From an uncultured Chloroflexia bacterium (GTDB taxonomy: Bacteria; Chloroflexota; Anaerolineae; CG2-30-64-16): a stretch of DNA of 64,000 bases. The notes below the pieces were generated by a model that saw only the letters and a program-made list of their open reading frames with translations, did no database searches and had not been told where the DNA came from. This document shows, piece by piece, positions 39,279 through 49,868 of this stretch. The translations under genes and the position numbers were made by a program. Every line of letters starts with the position of its first letter. Within the stretch, counting starts at the first letter, position 1. The stretch covers positions 384,001-448,000 of the forward strand of contig CAWEMM010000007.1 in assembly GCA_963810095.1 (NCBI GenBank). The letters run 5' to 3'.

Positions 39279-41910
39279 CTACTTGCGGATGATGGGCAGG
39301 AAGAGGTATTTCAACACGATAGGCTGGGCGCCGGGCGCGCTGATCGTCAGGCTGCCGCCTGCGACCTGGCGCACCGGCAGGCTGTCGCTCAGCGAAACGC
39401 CGGCACTCGCTGCCACGCCCGGCGCCGGCTGCGCGGCCCGCACCAGGTAACGGCCCGCGGCGTTCCCCGTCGTATCCAGCACCACCACGAAACTCCCGCT
39501 GTCGGTGGGGTCGGTCGCTAACGTCAAGCCGGCCGGCACGTCATTCAGGGTGAAGGTGATGGGCTGTCCGGGCGTGAACCGGAACCCGGTCACCAGGAAC
39601 TGGCTTCCGGGCTTGCCGTTGGCGGGATCGACCGTGACCGTCGCGGGCATGAAAGCCTGGCTCGCCACGGGCGCCAGCCGGCGCGTCGTCGTGCCCTGCC
39701 CGAGTTGGCCGCTGCCGTCCCAACCCCAACACGCCGTAGCCTGGTCGCTGAGCTCCGCGCACGTGTGCGATTGGCCCAGGGCCAGCGCGGTGGTCCCGGC
39801 GCTGGCACCCTGGATGGCGACGGGCTTGTTCTGGTTCTTTAGCCCCCAGTTGCCCAGCTCGCCCAGGCCGCCGCTGCCCCAGCAGTAGAGCGTCGCACCC
39901 GTCGAGCTCACCGCGCAGGTGTGCGGCCCGCCGGCTGCGATCTTCGAGACGGGCGGCAGGCCCGACACCGCTACCGGCGTGGTGCTGCTCGTGAAGGTCT
40001 CGTTGCCCAGCTGCCCCTTGTCGTTCAGGCCCCAGCAGCGCACCGTGTCGTCGTTGAGCAGTGCGCAGGTGTGCGCGCCGCCCGCGGTGATCGCCTTCGC
40101 AGCGGGTAGGCCCAGCACGCTCACCGGCACGAGCGAGCCCGTCTGTGTGCCGTCGCCCAGCTGGCCGTTGTCGTTCGAGCCCCAGCACTTCACACTACCA
40201 TCGCTGCCGAGCGCGCACGTATGCTCTGCGCCCAGCGCCAGCATGGTTGCGTTCGACACCCCCGACACATTCACCGGCTGGTAGCGGGTCTGTCCCGCAC
40301 CGTCGCCGATCTGTCCCTTTGTCCCATTGCCCCAGCACTTCACGCCGCCGCCCAGGATGGCGCAGCTGTGGCCGAGGCCGCTGGCAACGCTTGTGACCCC
40401 AATCAAGGGCGGGTTCGTGGGGCCAGGGGTGGGGCGATCCGTCACCGTGCCGTCCCCCAGCTGACCTTCCTGGTTGCGGCCCCAGCACGAGACCGATCCA
40501 CCGGCCAGGGCGCAGGTGTGAGCGCCGCCCGCTGCCAGTTGCGAGGAGCCCTTCATCTGTGGCACCGCCACCGGCGTGCTGCGCTGCACCTTCGTGCCAT
40601 CGCCCAGCTGGCCCCCAAAGTTGTTGCCCCAGCACATGACGTCGTCGTTGGCCTTGATCGCGCACGTGTGGCTATAGCCGGCGGTCAGCTGCTTCACCGG
40701 ACCGAGCCCGGCGATGTCGCTGCGGACCGCCCGGAAAATCATGCTGCCGTCGGCGAGTTGGCCGGTGGCGTTGTCGCCCCAGCAGCTCAGCGCACCCCCG
40801 CTCAGCGCGCAGGCGAACGTGCCGCCGGCCGCGACATCCGAGACGCCTGCCAGCGACGCGACCGCGACGGGCTTCAGGCTGTCCGCACCGGTTCCATCGC
40901 CCAGCTGCCCTTCCTGGTTGCGTCCCCAGCACGATACCGTGCCCCCTGCGAGCACCGCACACGAGGACGCGCCGCCCGCGGTCACGCGGGTCGCAGCAAG
41001 GCCCGGGACGGTCTGGGGCTCGTTCTGGTCTGCCGTGCTGTCGATGCCCAGTTGACCCTGGCCGTTTTCGCCCCAGCACTTGACCCCGCCGGCAGCGACG
41101 GCGCACGTGTGTTGGTCGCCCGCCGCAACGTCGGTCACGCCCGAAGCCAGGCCGATGACGTCCTGGGGCGTCTTGCTGGAGAAGTCCGAGAAGGTGCCGT
41201 TGCCCACCTGGCCGCTCAGGTTCGCGCCCCAGCACTTCGAGCGCGCCGCCCGAGACGACCGCACAGGTGTGCTTGGCGCCGGCCGCGATGGCCGTTGCAC
41301 CTGAAATACCCAGCACTTGCTGGGGGACCAGCCGGCGGGTGGTGCTGTTATCGCCCAACTGCGACTTATCGTTGGCGCCCCAGCACTTCACCGTGCCATC
41401 CGAGAGGAGCGCACACGTGTGAAGGCTGCCGGCCGCAACGGCCGTCGCGCCTGAGGTCAGGCCGCTGACCTGCACGGGCGAAAGGCGGTTCGTGCCGCGC
41501 TGGTTGTCGCCCAATTGGCCTTCGCTCGCATCGCCCCAGCACTTGACCGCGCCGCCCGAGGTCACCGCGCAGGTGTGCGCGGCGCCCGCCGCGATATCCA
41601 CCACGCCCGTACCGAGCGCGGTCACCTTAACCGGGAGATCCCGGCTGCCGGTGCTGCCGTCGCCGATCTGGCCCGAGCTGTTCGAGCCCCAGCAGCTAAC
41701 CGAGCCGTCGCTTTGATTGATCACGCAGGTATGCGCGCCGCCCGTCGCAAAGGCCTTGACGCCGGTCAGCGCGGCTGCGGGGGCCGCCGCAGCGGGCGCA
41801 GCCGGCTCGCTGCCGGCCAACCCGCTGGCCCCGGCAACGAGAGGCGCACCGGCAAGCACGACCAGTGCGAGCGCGAGCATCGATAGGAGACAGAGTGAGC
41901 GATATTTCAT
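39279..41910 (-). CDS. Secreted RCC1/BLIP-II repeat protein with C-terminal YLFLPIIRK tail; frameshift near 41240
   Basis: AGGAGG RBS, signal peptide MKYRSLCLLSMLALALVVLAG; about 14 repeats of AG..HTCA...G.V.CWG.N..GQLG.G. Confidence 0.9.
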
Positions 41911-42058
41911 GCGAGACTCCTCCTGGTGTGGGGAGAAATGTGGTGTATCCGAGGCGCCAGTATAACACACGCGAGCGGATAGCCGCGACAAAACCCGGGC
42001 GCCGAGTTGGCAGCTCCAGGCGTGGCTGGGGCAACAGAGACCCGGCCCGATCTGGAGC

Positions 42059-42838
42059 CTACCGGCTCGTCGTCCCCTCAATCGAGAGCCAGAACGGGCC
42101 CGGCGCGACGTGCCAGCCCGTGAGCCTGGAAGCCTGTGCGAGCCCGGCGGCCTCGGCTGGCGTGTAGGACGCGTCGCGGCTGCCCATTGGCTCGCCGATG
42201 TAGCGAAGCGCCTTCGGGACGATGAAACGTGAAGCGAACCAGATCAGGAGATAGAAGGGCGGAACCATGTCCCTGCGCAGGTCGAAGATGACGAAGTGTC
42301 CGCCCGGGCGCAGGATGCGGCCGACCTCATTCAGGACGGCAATGGGGTCATCCCAGTGGTGCAGCGAGAGCGTGCTGATTACGAGGTCGACAGATGCGTC
42401 CGCAAGCCCGGTCGCGCTCGCGTCGCCGGTCCGGAACTCGGTCTGGTAGGTCAGCCCGGCCTCGATCGCCCTGCGCTGTGCATCGCCCAACAGGGGAGTG
42501 GACAGGTCAATGCCCATCACCCTCAGCCCCGGCGCGGCGGTTGCCAGCTCGACCACCAGGTGCCCCGGGCCGCAGCCCAGGTCCACCGCGCGGCCGTCGA
42601 CCGAGCCTTCTCCCAAGAGTGCCAGGGCGCGGCCAATCGCGAGGCTTCGCAGCAGGCGCATTTGGGGCATGGAGGCGATGCGGGCAAACGCAGCCGACAC
42701 CTCGCGCGACTCGATCGCCTCCGCGCTGCTCACCCGGTCAAGCGCCCGCTCGCCATAGATCTGTGAAGCTGCCGCGACAAGCGCGCCCACCGCAGCCCCG
42801 CCCAACGCTCCAAGCACGACAAAACGACGTCCGGACAT
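42059..42838 (-). CDS. Class I SAM-dependent methyltransferase with N-terminal hydrophobic segment
   Basis: VDLGCGPG, GIDLS, DLVISTLSLHHW, RILRPGG. Confidence 0.88.
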   Translation of the reverse strand: MSGRRFVVLGALGGAAVGALVAAASQIYGERALDRVSSAEAIESREVSAAFARIASMPQMRLLRSLAIGRALALLGEGSVDGRAVDLGCGPGHLVVELATAAPGLRVMGIDLSTPLLGDAQRRAIEAGLTYQTEFRTGDASATGLADASVDLVISTLSLHHWDDPIAVLNEVGRILRPGGHFVIFDLRRDMVPPFYLLIWFASRFIVPKALRYIGEPMGSRDASYTPAEAAGLAQASRLTGWHVAPGPFWLSIEGTTSR

Positions 42839-42894
42839 GGGTCGTCTCCCTTCGGCCAGCGCGTCTGCCGATGGCTGACGCTGCCTGTCAAACC

Positions 42895-43386
42895 CTACTG
42901 GTGAACCGGCACGTTGAGGGTGATGTCGCCCGCCTTCTCGAAGCTGAGCGTGATCTCGATCTGCTCGCCTTGCTTCAGCGCCGACGACAGCCCGACGAAC
43001 ATCATGTGCCCGCCGCCCGGTTTGAGTTCCAGCTTGCCCCCGGCCGGCACCTCAAAGCCACCAGCCACGGGGCGCATCTTCATCACGCCGTTTTCTTCGA
43101 TCGTTTCGTGCAGCTCGACCGCTTGCGCCACGGACGTGCGTGCGCCCACCAGCCGGTCGGGCGTTTGGCCTGCGTTACGCACGGTCAGAAACGCGCCGCC
43201 GATGCCCCCTGCCGGCGCGGGCCGGGCATAAATGTCGTCCACCGTCAGCGGCCCCACCGAGCGGCCGGCCGGCGTCGGGCTTCCCGCACACCCGACCAGC
43301 AGCAGGGCGCTTGCCAGCAAGACGACGCACGCGGCAGCAATCGGATGCCAGCCCTCGTACCTTCGCGCTTCGTGCACTTGGCTCAC
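42895..43386 (-). CDS. Copper chaperone PCu(A)C lipoprotein
   Basis: Lipobox LVGC; ELHE......MKM...LKPGGGHMM copper motif. Confidence 0.92.
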   Translation of the reverse strand: MSQVHEARRYEGWHPIAAACVVLLASALLLVGCAGSPTPAGRSVGPLTVDDIYARPAPAGGIGGAFLTVRNAGQTPDRLVGARTSVAQAVELHETIEENGVMKMRPVAGGFEVPAGGKLELKPGGGHMMFVGLSSALKQGEQIEITLSFEKAGDITLNVPVHQ

Positions 43387-43430
43387 CTTTCACCGCCAGC
43401 CAGGCCGGCGTCTTCGCGTCCGAAAACTCG

Positions 43431-44021
43431 CTACCGGATCAGGTACTCGAGATCCTTCTGGATGCTGGCGATGTCCGTCCCGTAGGGGTATGACGTGGCC
43501 AGCCGGCCCTTCGGACCGACGAGGTACGTGCGCGCCGTGTGGTCGACCGTGTAGCCTGCGGACGGATTGGCCGGGTCCGTGTACACCTTCTCCGCTACAA
43601 CCCCATACCCTTGCTTGATGGTCTCCAGGTCAATGCTGTTGACATGGATGCCGTTTATGGCGGGGTCGAACGGGGGGATGTATTCCTTGAGCCGGGCGAC
43701 CGTGTCGCGCTCGGGGTCGACGCTCACGTACACAAAGGCCGCTTTGTCTGCCTTTGCGCCCAGGTTCTGGCGCAGCTGCCGCCACTCGGCCAGGGTGGTG
43801 GGACATACGTCGGGGCAATTCGTATAGCCAAAGAACACCAGGACGGGCTTGCCCTCGAGCTGGGAGAGGTTGAACTGGGAGCCATCCCAGTTCAACCCGC
43901 TGATGGCGGGTGCCGTCTGCGGCGGCTGGTAGGGCGTGCCGTGGAGTTCGTAGCCCTTGCACCCGGCCAGAAGAAGGGCGACGAGGGCTATTGCGGCGAG
44001 CAGCTTGACATGCTTATGCAT
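43431..44021 (-). CDS. SCO1/SenC family lipoprotein
   Basis: Lipobox LAGC; FGYTNCPDVCP, SVDPERDT, VDHT. Confidence 0.94.
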   Translation of the reverse strand: MHKHVKLLAAIALVALLLAGCKGYELHGTPYQPPQTAPAISGLNWDGSQFNLSQLEGKPVLVFFGYTNCPDVCPTTLAEWRQLRQNLGAKADKAAFVYVSVDPERDTVARLKEYIPPFDPAINGIHVNSIDLETIKQGYGVVAEKVYTDPANPSAGYTVDHTARTYLVGPKGRLATSYPYGTDIASIQKDLEYLIR

Positions 44022-44066
44022 CGATCATTTCTCCCGGATAAGTAATGCCGTAAGCCGGCTTGCGGC

Positions 44067-44549
44067 TTACCTGAGCGTGTGATAGGCGCGGTTCCAATAA
44101 ACCAGGGGCGGCTCGTCGGCGTGCGGGACGGAGGAGGCCTGCACCTCTCCGACGTAGATGGTGTGGGTGCCGGCGCGTTTGTGGCAGAACACCGTGCAGT
44201 CGAGCCAGGCCAGCGCGTCCGCAAGCACCGGCGCACCTGTCGCTGCCGTGGTCCACGTACCCAGCGCGAACCGGTCCTCGTCCTTGAGGTAGGCGAAGCG
44301 GTTGGAGAGCTCCTGCTGGTCTTCGCGCAGGATGTTGACCGCAAACGTCGCGCCCTCTTCTCGCAGCAGGTCGTGCGCATGGTGCCGGTGGTCGATGCAC
44401 ACCATGATCAGCGGCGGCTCGGGCGACACGGACGCAAACGCGGATACAGTCAGCCCGTGGACCTCCTGGCCCGACCGGATGGTGACGATGGTGACGCCTG
44501 CCGGGAAATGGCGGAGCGCGTCGCGGAAAGCGTCTGAAGTAATGGACAT
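44067..44549 (-). CDS. Flavin reductase (HpaC/DIM6 family)
   Basis: FRDALRHFPAGVTIVT, GLTVSAF.SVS.EPP, GTHTIYVGEV, PLVY. Confidence 0.92.
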   Translation of the reverse strand: MSITSDAFRDALRHFPAGVTIVTIRSGQEVHGLTVSAFASVSPEPPLIMVCIDHRHHAHDLLREEGATFAVNILREDQQELSNRFAYLKDEDRFALGTWTTAATGAPVLADALAWLDCTVFCHKRAGTHTIYVGEVQASSVPHADEPPLVYWNRAYHTLR

Positions 44550-44700
44550 GCAAAGACCTGCGCGAAGCGAACAGAGCAACGCCCCTGTTATACCCGATAA
44601 TGCCGGGGAGTACAAGCACGGTTGACCGCGAAAGGCGGGCTGCCGCGAGCAAGGCGCCCGTTCTTCGCGCCCTGGTGTGTTTGTGGTAAGCTTTTGGCCT

Positions 44701-46065
44701 ATGCTTCGCGAACTCTTCGCCGACCGCAAATTCTATTCCGTCATGCTGAAGATTGCGCTGCCGATTGCGGCGCAGTCGCTCGTCTTTAACCTGCTGAACG
44801 CCGTCGACGTGCTCCTGATTGGCCAGTTGGGCGCGACCTCTGTGGCTGCGGTCGCCCTGTCCAACCAGTGGACCTTCCTCATGAACCTGTTCCTCTTCGG
44901 GACGGGCAGCGGCACGGCCATCTTTACCGCGCAGTTCTGGGGCCGCGAGGATGTGCCAAACCTTCGCAGGGCCGCGGGCATCGGCCTGGGGGTTGGCCTC
45001 GCGGGCAGTGCGCTCTTCACCCTGGTGGGGCTGCTGGCCCCGGCCCAGGTGCTGACCGTTTACACGAATGACCCGGCCGTGGTCATCCTCGGCGCGCCCT
45101 ACCTGCGCATCGTGGCGCTCTCATACGTCTTTACCGCGCTGACCACGCTCTTCGGCATCACGCTACGCACGACCCGCAACGTCAAGCTGCCCGTGGGCGT
45201 GAGCATCGGTGCACTGATTCTGAAGACGGCCCTCTCCTACGTCCTGATCTTCGGTTACCTGGGTTTCCCAAGGTTGGGCATCGAGGGTGCGGCCATCGCA
45301 ACCGTCATCGCCAGGGTGCTGGAGTGCGGGGTGCTGCTGGCCCTGACGTACCGCTGGCGGCTGCCGGCTGCACTTCGGCCGCGCGATCTTCGCGGTCTCG
45401 AGCGGGCCTTTACTCGCACGTTCGCAGTTACGGTCGTTCCGGTGGTGCTCAACGAGTTGTTCTGGGCGCTGGGCACCTCTGTCTACGCCGCGATCTACGC
45501 TCGCATCGGCACTGATTCCATGGCCGCCGTGAACATCGCGAGCACGATCGAGGGGGTCGCACTCGTGCCGTTGTTCGGGGTCGGCAACGCGTGCGCAATC
45601 ATTCTCGGGAACGCGATCGGCGGGGGCGACAGCCCGCTCGCCCGCGACTACTCCCGGAAGTTCCTGGCGCTGGCGATCGCGCTCGGCCTCGGACTGGGCA
45701 CGCTCATCTTCGCGGCGTCCCGCTTCATCCTGGACGCGTATAACATCTCGCCCCAGGCGAAGCTCGACGCGCAGGGGGTGATGACCGTGATGGCCTGCGC
45801 CCTCTGGCTAAAGGCCGCGAACCTGTTGATCGTGGTCGGCATTCTGCGCAGCGGCGGCGACACCAAGTTCAGCCTGGCCATCGACGTCGGTCCCATGTGG
45901 CTCCTGGGCATCCCGCTCGCGCTCCTCGGCGCATTCGTGCTCGATCTGCCCGTCTACACGGTCGTCATGATGGTCTTGGTGGGCGACGAGTTCACCAAGT
46001 TCTGCCTTGGCATGTGGCGCTTCCGCTCGGGCCTCTGGATCCGAAACGTGGTGCAGGCGATCTAG
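44701..46065 (+). CDS. MATE family efflux transporter
   Basis: About 12 hydrophobic segments; D..LIGQLG..SVAAV, GFPRLGIEGAAIAT.IAR, GILRSGGDT. Confidence 0.92.
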   Translation: MLRELFADRKFYSVMLKIALPIAAQSLVFNLLNAVDVLLIGQLGATSVAAVALSNQWTFLMNLFLFGTGSGTAIFTAQFWGREDVPNLRRAAGIGLGVGLAGSALFTLVGLLAPAQVLTVYTNDPAVVILGAPYLRIVALSYVFTALTTLFGITLRTTRNVKLPVGVSIGALILKTALSYVLIFGYLGFPRLGIEGAAIATVIARVLECGVLLALTYRWRLPAALRPRDLRGLERAFTRTFAVTVVPVVLNELFWALGTSVYAAIYARIGTDSMAAVNIASTIEGVALVPLFGVGNACAIILGNAIGGGDSPLARDYSRKFLALAIALGLGLGTLIFAASRFILDAYNISPQAKLDAQGVMTVMACALWLKAANLLIVVGILRSGGDTKFSLAIDVGPMWLLGIPLALLGAFVLDLPVYTVVMMVLVGDEFTKFCLGMWRFRSGLWIRNVVQAI

Positions 46066-46099
46066 GAGCGGCTGCGGCGCACACGTGGCACCTGGGCAA

Positions 46100-46180
46100 G
46101 ACGCTGACGCTGCATGCCTCATATCTACAGGATCTCTGCCTGTCAGGATCACGTAAATCAGTTCGGTCAGCGTCCCGTTC
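46100..46180. repeat. Palindromic element, family A copy 2 (degenerate)
   Basis: GACGCTGAC ... AAATCAGTTCGGTCAGCGTCCCGTTC between convergent MATE and srlD. Confidence 0.65.
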
Positions 46181-46181
46181 C

Positions 46182-46973
46182 CTACCGCATCTCCTGGCCG
46201 CCGGTGACGTTGAGGGCCTGGCCGGTCATGTAGCTCGACTGGTCAGAGGCGAGGAAGACTACGACGTTGCACACGTCGTCATACGTGCAGCCGCGCTTCA
46301 TGGGCACCTGGTCGACGTACTTCTGGCGCACCTGTTCGGGTGTGAGCCCCTGGTTGCGCGCGTACTGATCGAACAGCGACTGCTGCCACAGCGTGCCGTC
46401 CAGCAGGTTGCCCGGGCAGATCGCATTCACCCGGACGCCCTGCTCGGCCAGCTCCAGCGCCAGCGACTGGGTAAACCCGATGCCGCCGAACTTCGACGCC
46501 GCGTAGGCGGAGTTCTTGAAGCTGCCCTTCTTGCCCGACTTGGAGTTGATCTGGACGATCGCGCCGCTGCCTTGCGCCTTCATGATGCGGGCAGCCTCGC
46601 GGGCGGTCAGATAGTAACCGAACAGGTTGACCATCATCACGGCCTTCCACTTGCCCGCGTCCGACTCGGCCACCTCTTCCGCAATCAGGATGCCCGCGTT
46701 GGAGACGAGGACGTCCACCCGGCCGAATTCCCGGACGCACGCCGCGAACCCCTCGGCCACCGACGCCTCGTCTGTCACGTCCATCCGCACCGCGAGGCTG
46801 CGCTTGCCCGTCTCCGCGCACACCTGCTCGGCCGTTGCCTGCGCCTGCTCGATCTTGACGTCTGCCACAACGACGTCACACCCCTCGCGCGCCAGCCGCA
46901 GGCAGATCGCCTGGCCCAGCCCCTGCGCGCCCCCCGTCACCAGCGCCACTTTGCTCGTGAGTAGTTCTGCCAT
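46182..46973 (-). CDS. srlD: Sorbitol-6-phosphate 2-dehydrogenase (SDR)
   Basis: TGGAQGLG, QINSKSGKKGS..NSAYAASKFGG, GNLLD, Y..QVPMKRGC.Y.DV, GQALNVTGGQEM. Confidence 0.85.
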   Translation of the reverse strand: MAELLTSKVALVTGGAQGLGQAICLRLAREGCDVVVADVKIEQAQATAEQVCAETGKRSLAVRMDVTDEASVAEGFAACVREFGRVDVLVSNAGILIAEEVAESDAGKWKAVMMVNLFGYYLTAREAARIMKAQGSGAIVQINSKSGKKGSFKNSAYAASKFGGIGFTQSLALELAEQGVRVNAICPGNLLDGTLWQQSLFDQYARNQGLTPEQVRQKYVDQVPMKRGCTYDDVCNVVVFLASDQSSYMTGQALNVTGGQEMR

Positions 46974-46989
46974 GAGAGAAACCCCTTCT

Positions 46990-47075
46990 GCCACGAATTA
47001 CACGAATTCTCACGAATTTTCAAAGGACCTGCAGAGCAGTTCGTGTCAATTCGTCGAATCCGTCGAATTCGTGGC
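46990..47075. repeat. Palindromic element, family C
   Basis: GCCACGAATTACACGAATTCTCACGAATT ... TTCGTGTCAATTCGTCGAATCCGTCGAATTCGTGGC; CACGAATT units every 9-10 nt. Confidence 0.85.
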
Positions 47076-47082
47076 GACCTCG

Positions 47083-48869
47083 TCAATCCTTCAGCATGAC
47101 GCGCAGCAACTCGGCTTCGGCCTCGTTGGTCCACTCGCGGCCGTCTTTCAGCTTGGCGTACACGGTGGGCAGCACCGGCTCCAGGTCCATGATCGCGGTC
47201 AGCTGCAGCGGCTTGATGTGCGGGTAGATGACGACCTTGCCGGGATAGACCGTGTCCATCACCGACTTGATGCCGTCCTTCACCGCCTCGAGCGAGCCGA
47301 TCGCCGCCACCGAGCGGTTGGGCGAGAGGACCCCGGTTTCTGCATAGTGCAGCATGAGGCGCAGGTCGTCGATGCTCGACGCCGAGTGCCCGATCACCCG
47401 CACGCCCCGCAAGTACGCGTCCGAGAGGTCTAGGCTGACGAGCGTCCCGCGCCCCACCCCGGCAAATACGTTCATCACCCCGCCGGGCGCCAGCCAGCGT
47501 GCGGAGTCCGCGATCAAGGCGCCGACAGGTGCGAGCACCACGATGTCGTCAAACCCACCGGCGCCGTCCGTGCCGCCCTCAAAGCGTGCCATGCCCGGCC
47601 GCGTAGGCGTCCTTGTTCTGCGGGTTCAGGCAGATGAACTCGACGCCGTTCGCCTCGGCCTCGGCCCGGTAGGTGTCTGCCAGGTCTTGCAGGCGCAAGT
47701 CGCTCACGTCGGTCGAGATAACGACCTTGGGCCCCTCGGCCACCTGCAGCGCCCGCTGCACGTGCATGCGCCCCATCGGCCCGCCTGCACCGACAAACCA
47801 TGCCCGTCCCCCCGGCTTCAGGGTCGACCGCACCGGCGTCTGCAGGTAAGCCGCGGCTGCCGTCTGTGCCCATAGCGCCGACGAACACCCAGCGGTTGTA
47901 GTGCACCCGGCCCACGTCGACGTTCGCCGGCCGGTCGAGCGGCTCGTCGCCCAGCAGCGCGCAGACGCCGAAGTCCGCCAGGTGCGGGCTCACCGTCTCG
48001 ATGAGCTCCGCCGTCGGCCGGAGGAGAATGATGTCGTCGAAGTGATTGGACGCCGGCTTCCCGTCGTAGTTCGTGCGCAGTGCGGCGATTTCGGCGGGAA
48101 TCCGGGGCTGCGCGGGGTCGTCGACCATCACGACGGGCACGCCCAGCTCGGCCGCCCGGGCCTTGATCCAGGTGGCGAAGGCCGGCGGCACATTGCTCAG
48201 GCACACCACGGCCGGGTGCGACTCCGCGTCGAAGCCGCAGCCGATGGTGTACAAGCGGTCTTCGACCTCGGGGCCGCCTGCGATCCACAGGCTGCCGCCC
48301 GGCTTGATCCCGCCGCGATACTTGAGCTCATACGCGGCCGTCACGCACGCCCACGGCTCGGTCAGCGCGCTCTCGGCGTACCCCGTACCCGGCTGGACCG
48401 GAATCAGGTAGTTGCCGTCGTCGCCGTTCAGGATCGTGTCGGTCATCAGCCCGTACTCGGACAGGCCGCCTCGAATCATGTAGCCGTAGGACAGGTTGAT
48501 GCCGTTCTTGAAGATCTCGGCCTGAACGATGAAGCGGTCGCCCGGCCGGTACTGCTCTCGCAGCGCCTCGCCCACCTGCACGACGGTCACGGAAACCTCG
48601 TGGCCCAGCACGACCGGGTCCGTCTGCATGTCTTTGAAGATGCGCGGGTGCTGCTGGCCCAGGCGGATGACTTTCACGTCGGAGAAGCACAGCCCGCACG
48701 CATCATGCCGCACGAGCAATTGGTCCGCCCCAATGGCCGGCAGCGGCGAGTCCAGCGGCTTTCCGTCGACCCCCAGGTTGTCCAGCCCCGCCCCATAAAG
48801 CGGCCAGATGCGGTACGTGTCCTTCTTCGGGGCCTCGCCCCGGCGGTAGGTCTCGAGCTTATCGGTCAT
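47083..48869 (-). CDS. Zinc-dependent MDR dehydrogenase, L-sorbose-1-phosphate reductase (SorE)-like, with duplicated nucleotide-binding region; two frameshifts (about 47850 and 47595)
   Basis: GLCFSD.K, VLGHE, LTEPWACV, GAGGPMG, GFDDIVV, PGKVVIYPHI, WT.EAE..LL. Confidence 0.8.
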
Positions 48870-48890
48870 TGTGTTCTCCTGACAGACTTG

Positions 48891-48965
48891 AACCACGAAG
48901 CCACGAAGACACAAAGTTTCACGAAGACGTCTTGGTGAACCTTCGTGTCTTCGGTTCTTTGTGGT
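48891..48965. repeat. Palindromic element, family B copy 2
   Basis: AACCACGAAGCCACGAAGACACAAAG ... CTTCGTGTCTTCGGTTCTTTGTGGT. Confidence 0.88.
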
Positions 48966-49793
48966 GAGCACTACCTGCCGGCAGCAGATCTGCCAGCTGT
49001 CGCAGCGCATACGTCGGGCGGATCGGCGACGTCACCAGGGCCGACTCGGGCGTCGCGCCGGTCAGCGCAAGGGCCGCGTCCATCCCCGCGTTGAGCCCCA
49101 TCAGCACATCCGTTTCCAGCCGGTCGCCCGTCATGATGCACTCGTTCGCGGGCAGGTCGAGCAGGTCGAGCACGGCCTCCACGGTATAGCGCGACGGCTT
49201 GCCCACCACCGCCTCGACCGTCGTCGCCGTGCATGCCTCGATGGCCGCAATCACCGCGGCCGCGTCGGGCTGGCCGCCGCCGGGGACAGGGCAGTACCGG
49301 TCGCCGTTGGTGGCGAAGAAGCGTGCGCCGGCCCGGATCGCGTCAAACGCGGTCTGTAACTTGGCATAATGGAAGGTCCGGTCGAAACTGGCGATGACGG
49401 CGTCCACGTGGGGCGAGTCGACCACGGCGAAGCCCGCCGCGTCGAGTTCCTCCTTCAGCGGTTCCTCGCCCACCACGAAGAGGCGCGCGCCGGGCATGCG
49501 GTGCTGCAGGAAGTTCGCCATGACCAGCGACGAGTGGATGATGTCGCGCTCGGTGACCGCGAGTCCGAGCCCGTTCAGCCGCGTCCACGTATGCCGCCCG
49601 GGTGTGCGTCGGGTTGTTCGAGAGGAAGGCGACGCGGCTGCCCATGGCCCGTAGCGCGGCGATCGTGTCCCCAACCGTCGGAAGCAGGCTGTCCCCGAGA
49701 TACGTGGTGCCGTCGAGGTCGAAGATGTAGCCCCGGTACAGCGCGGCGAGCGCGGGTGGGGATGCCGTGAATCAGTGCAGGTGTCGTTGGCAT
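48919..49793 (-). CDS. HAD-IIA phosphatase (NagD/AraL-like); frameshifts near 49750 and 49585
   Basis: YIFDLDGT, LSNN, ATNGD, GKPS and GDRLETD motifs across frames; the C-terminus reads into the family B repeat. Confidence 0.82.
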
Positions 49794-49868
49794 AGACTCA
49801 GTCGCGACAGGGAATCCACGATGAAGGTACTTTCATTATACTGCGATACGAAAGCAAACGCAAGTTGA

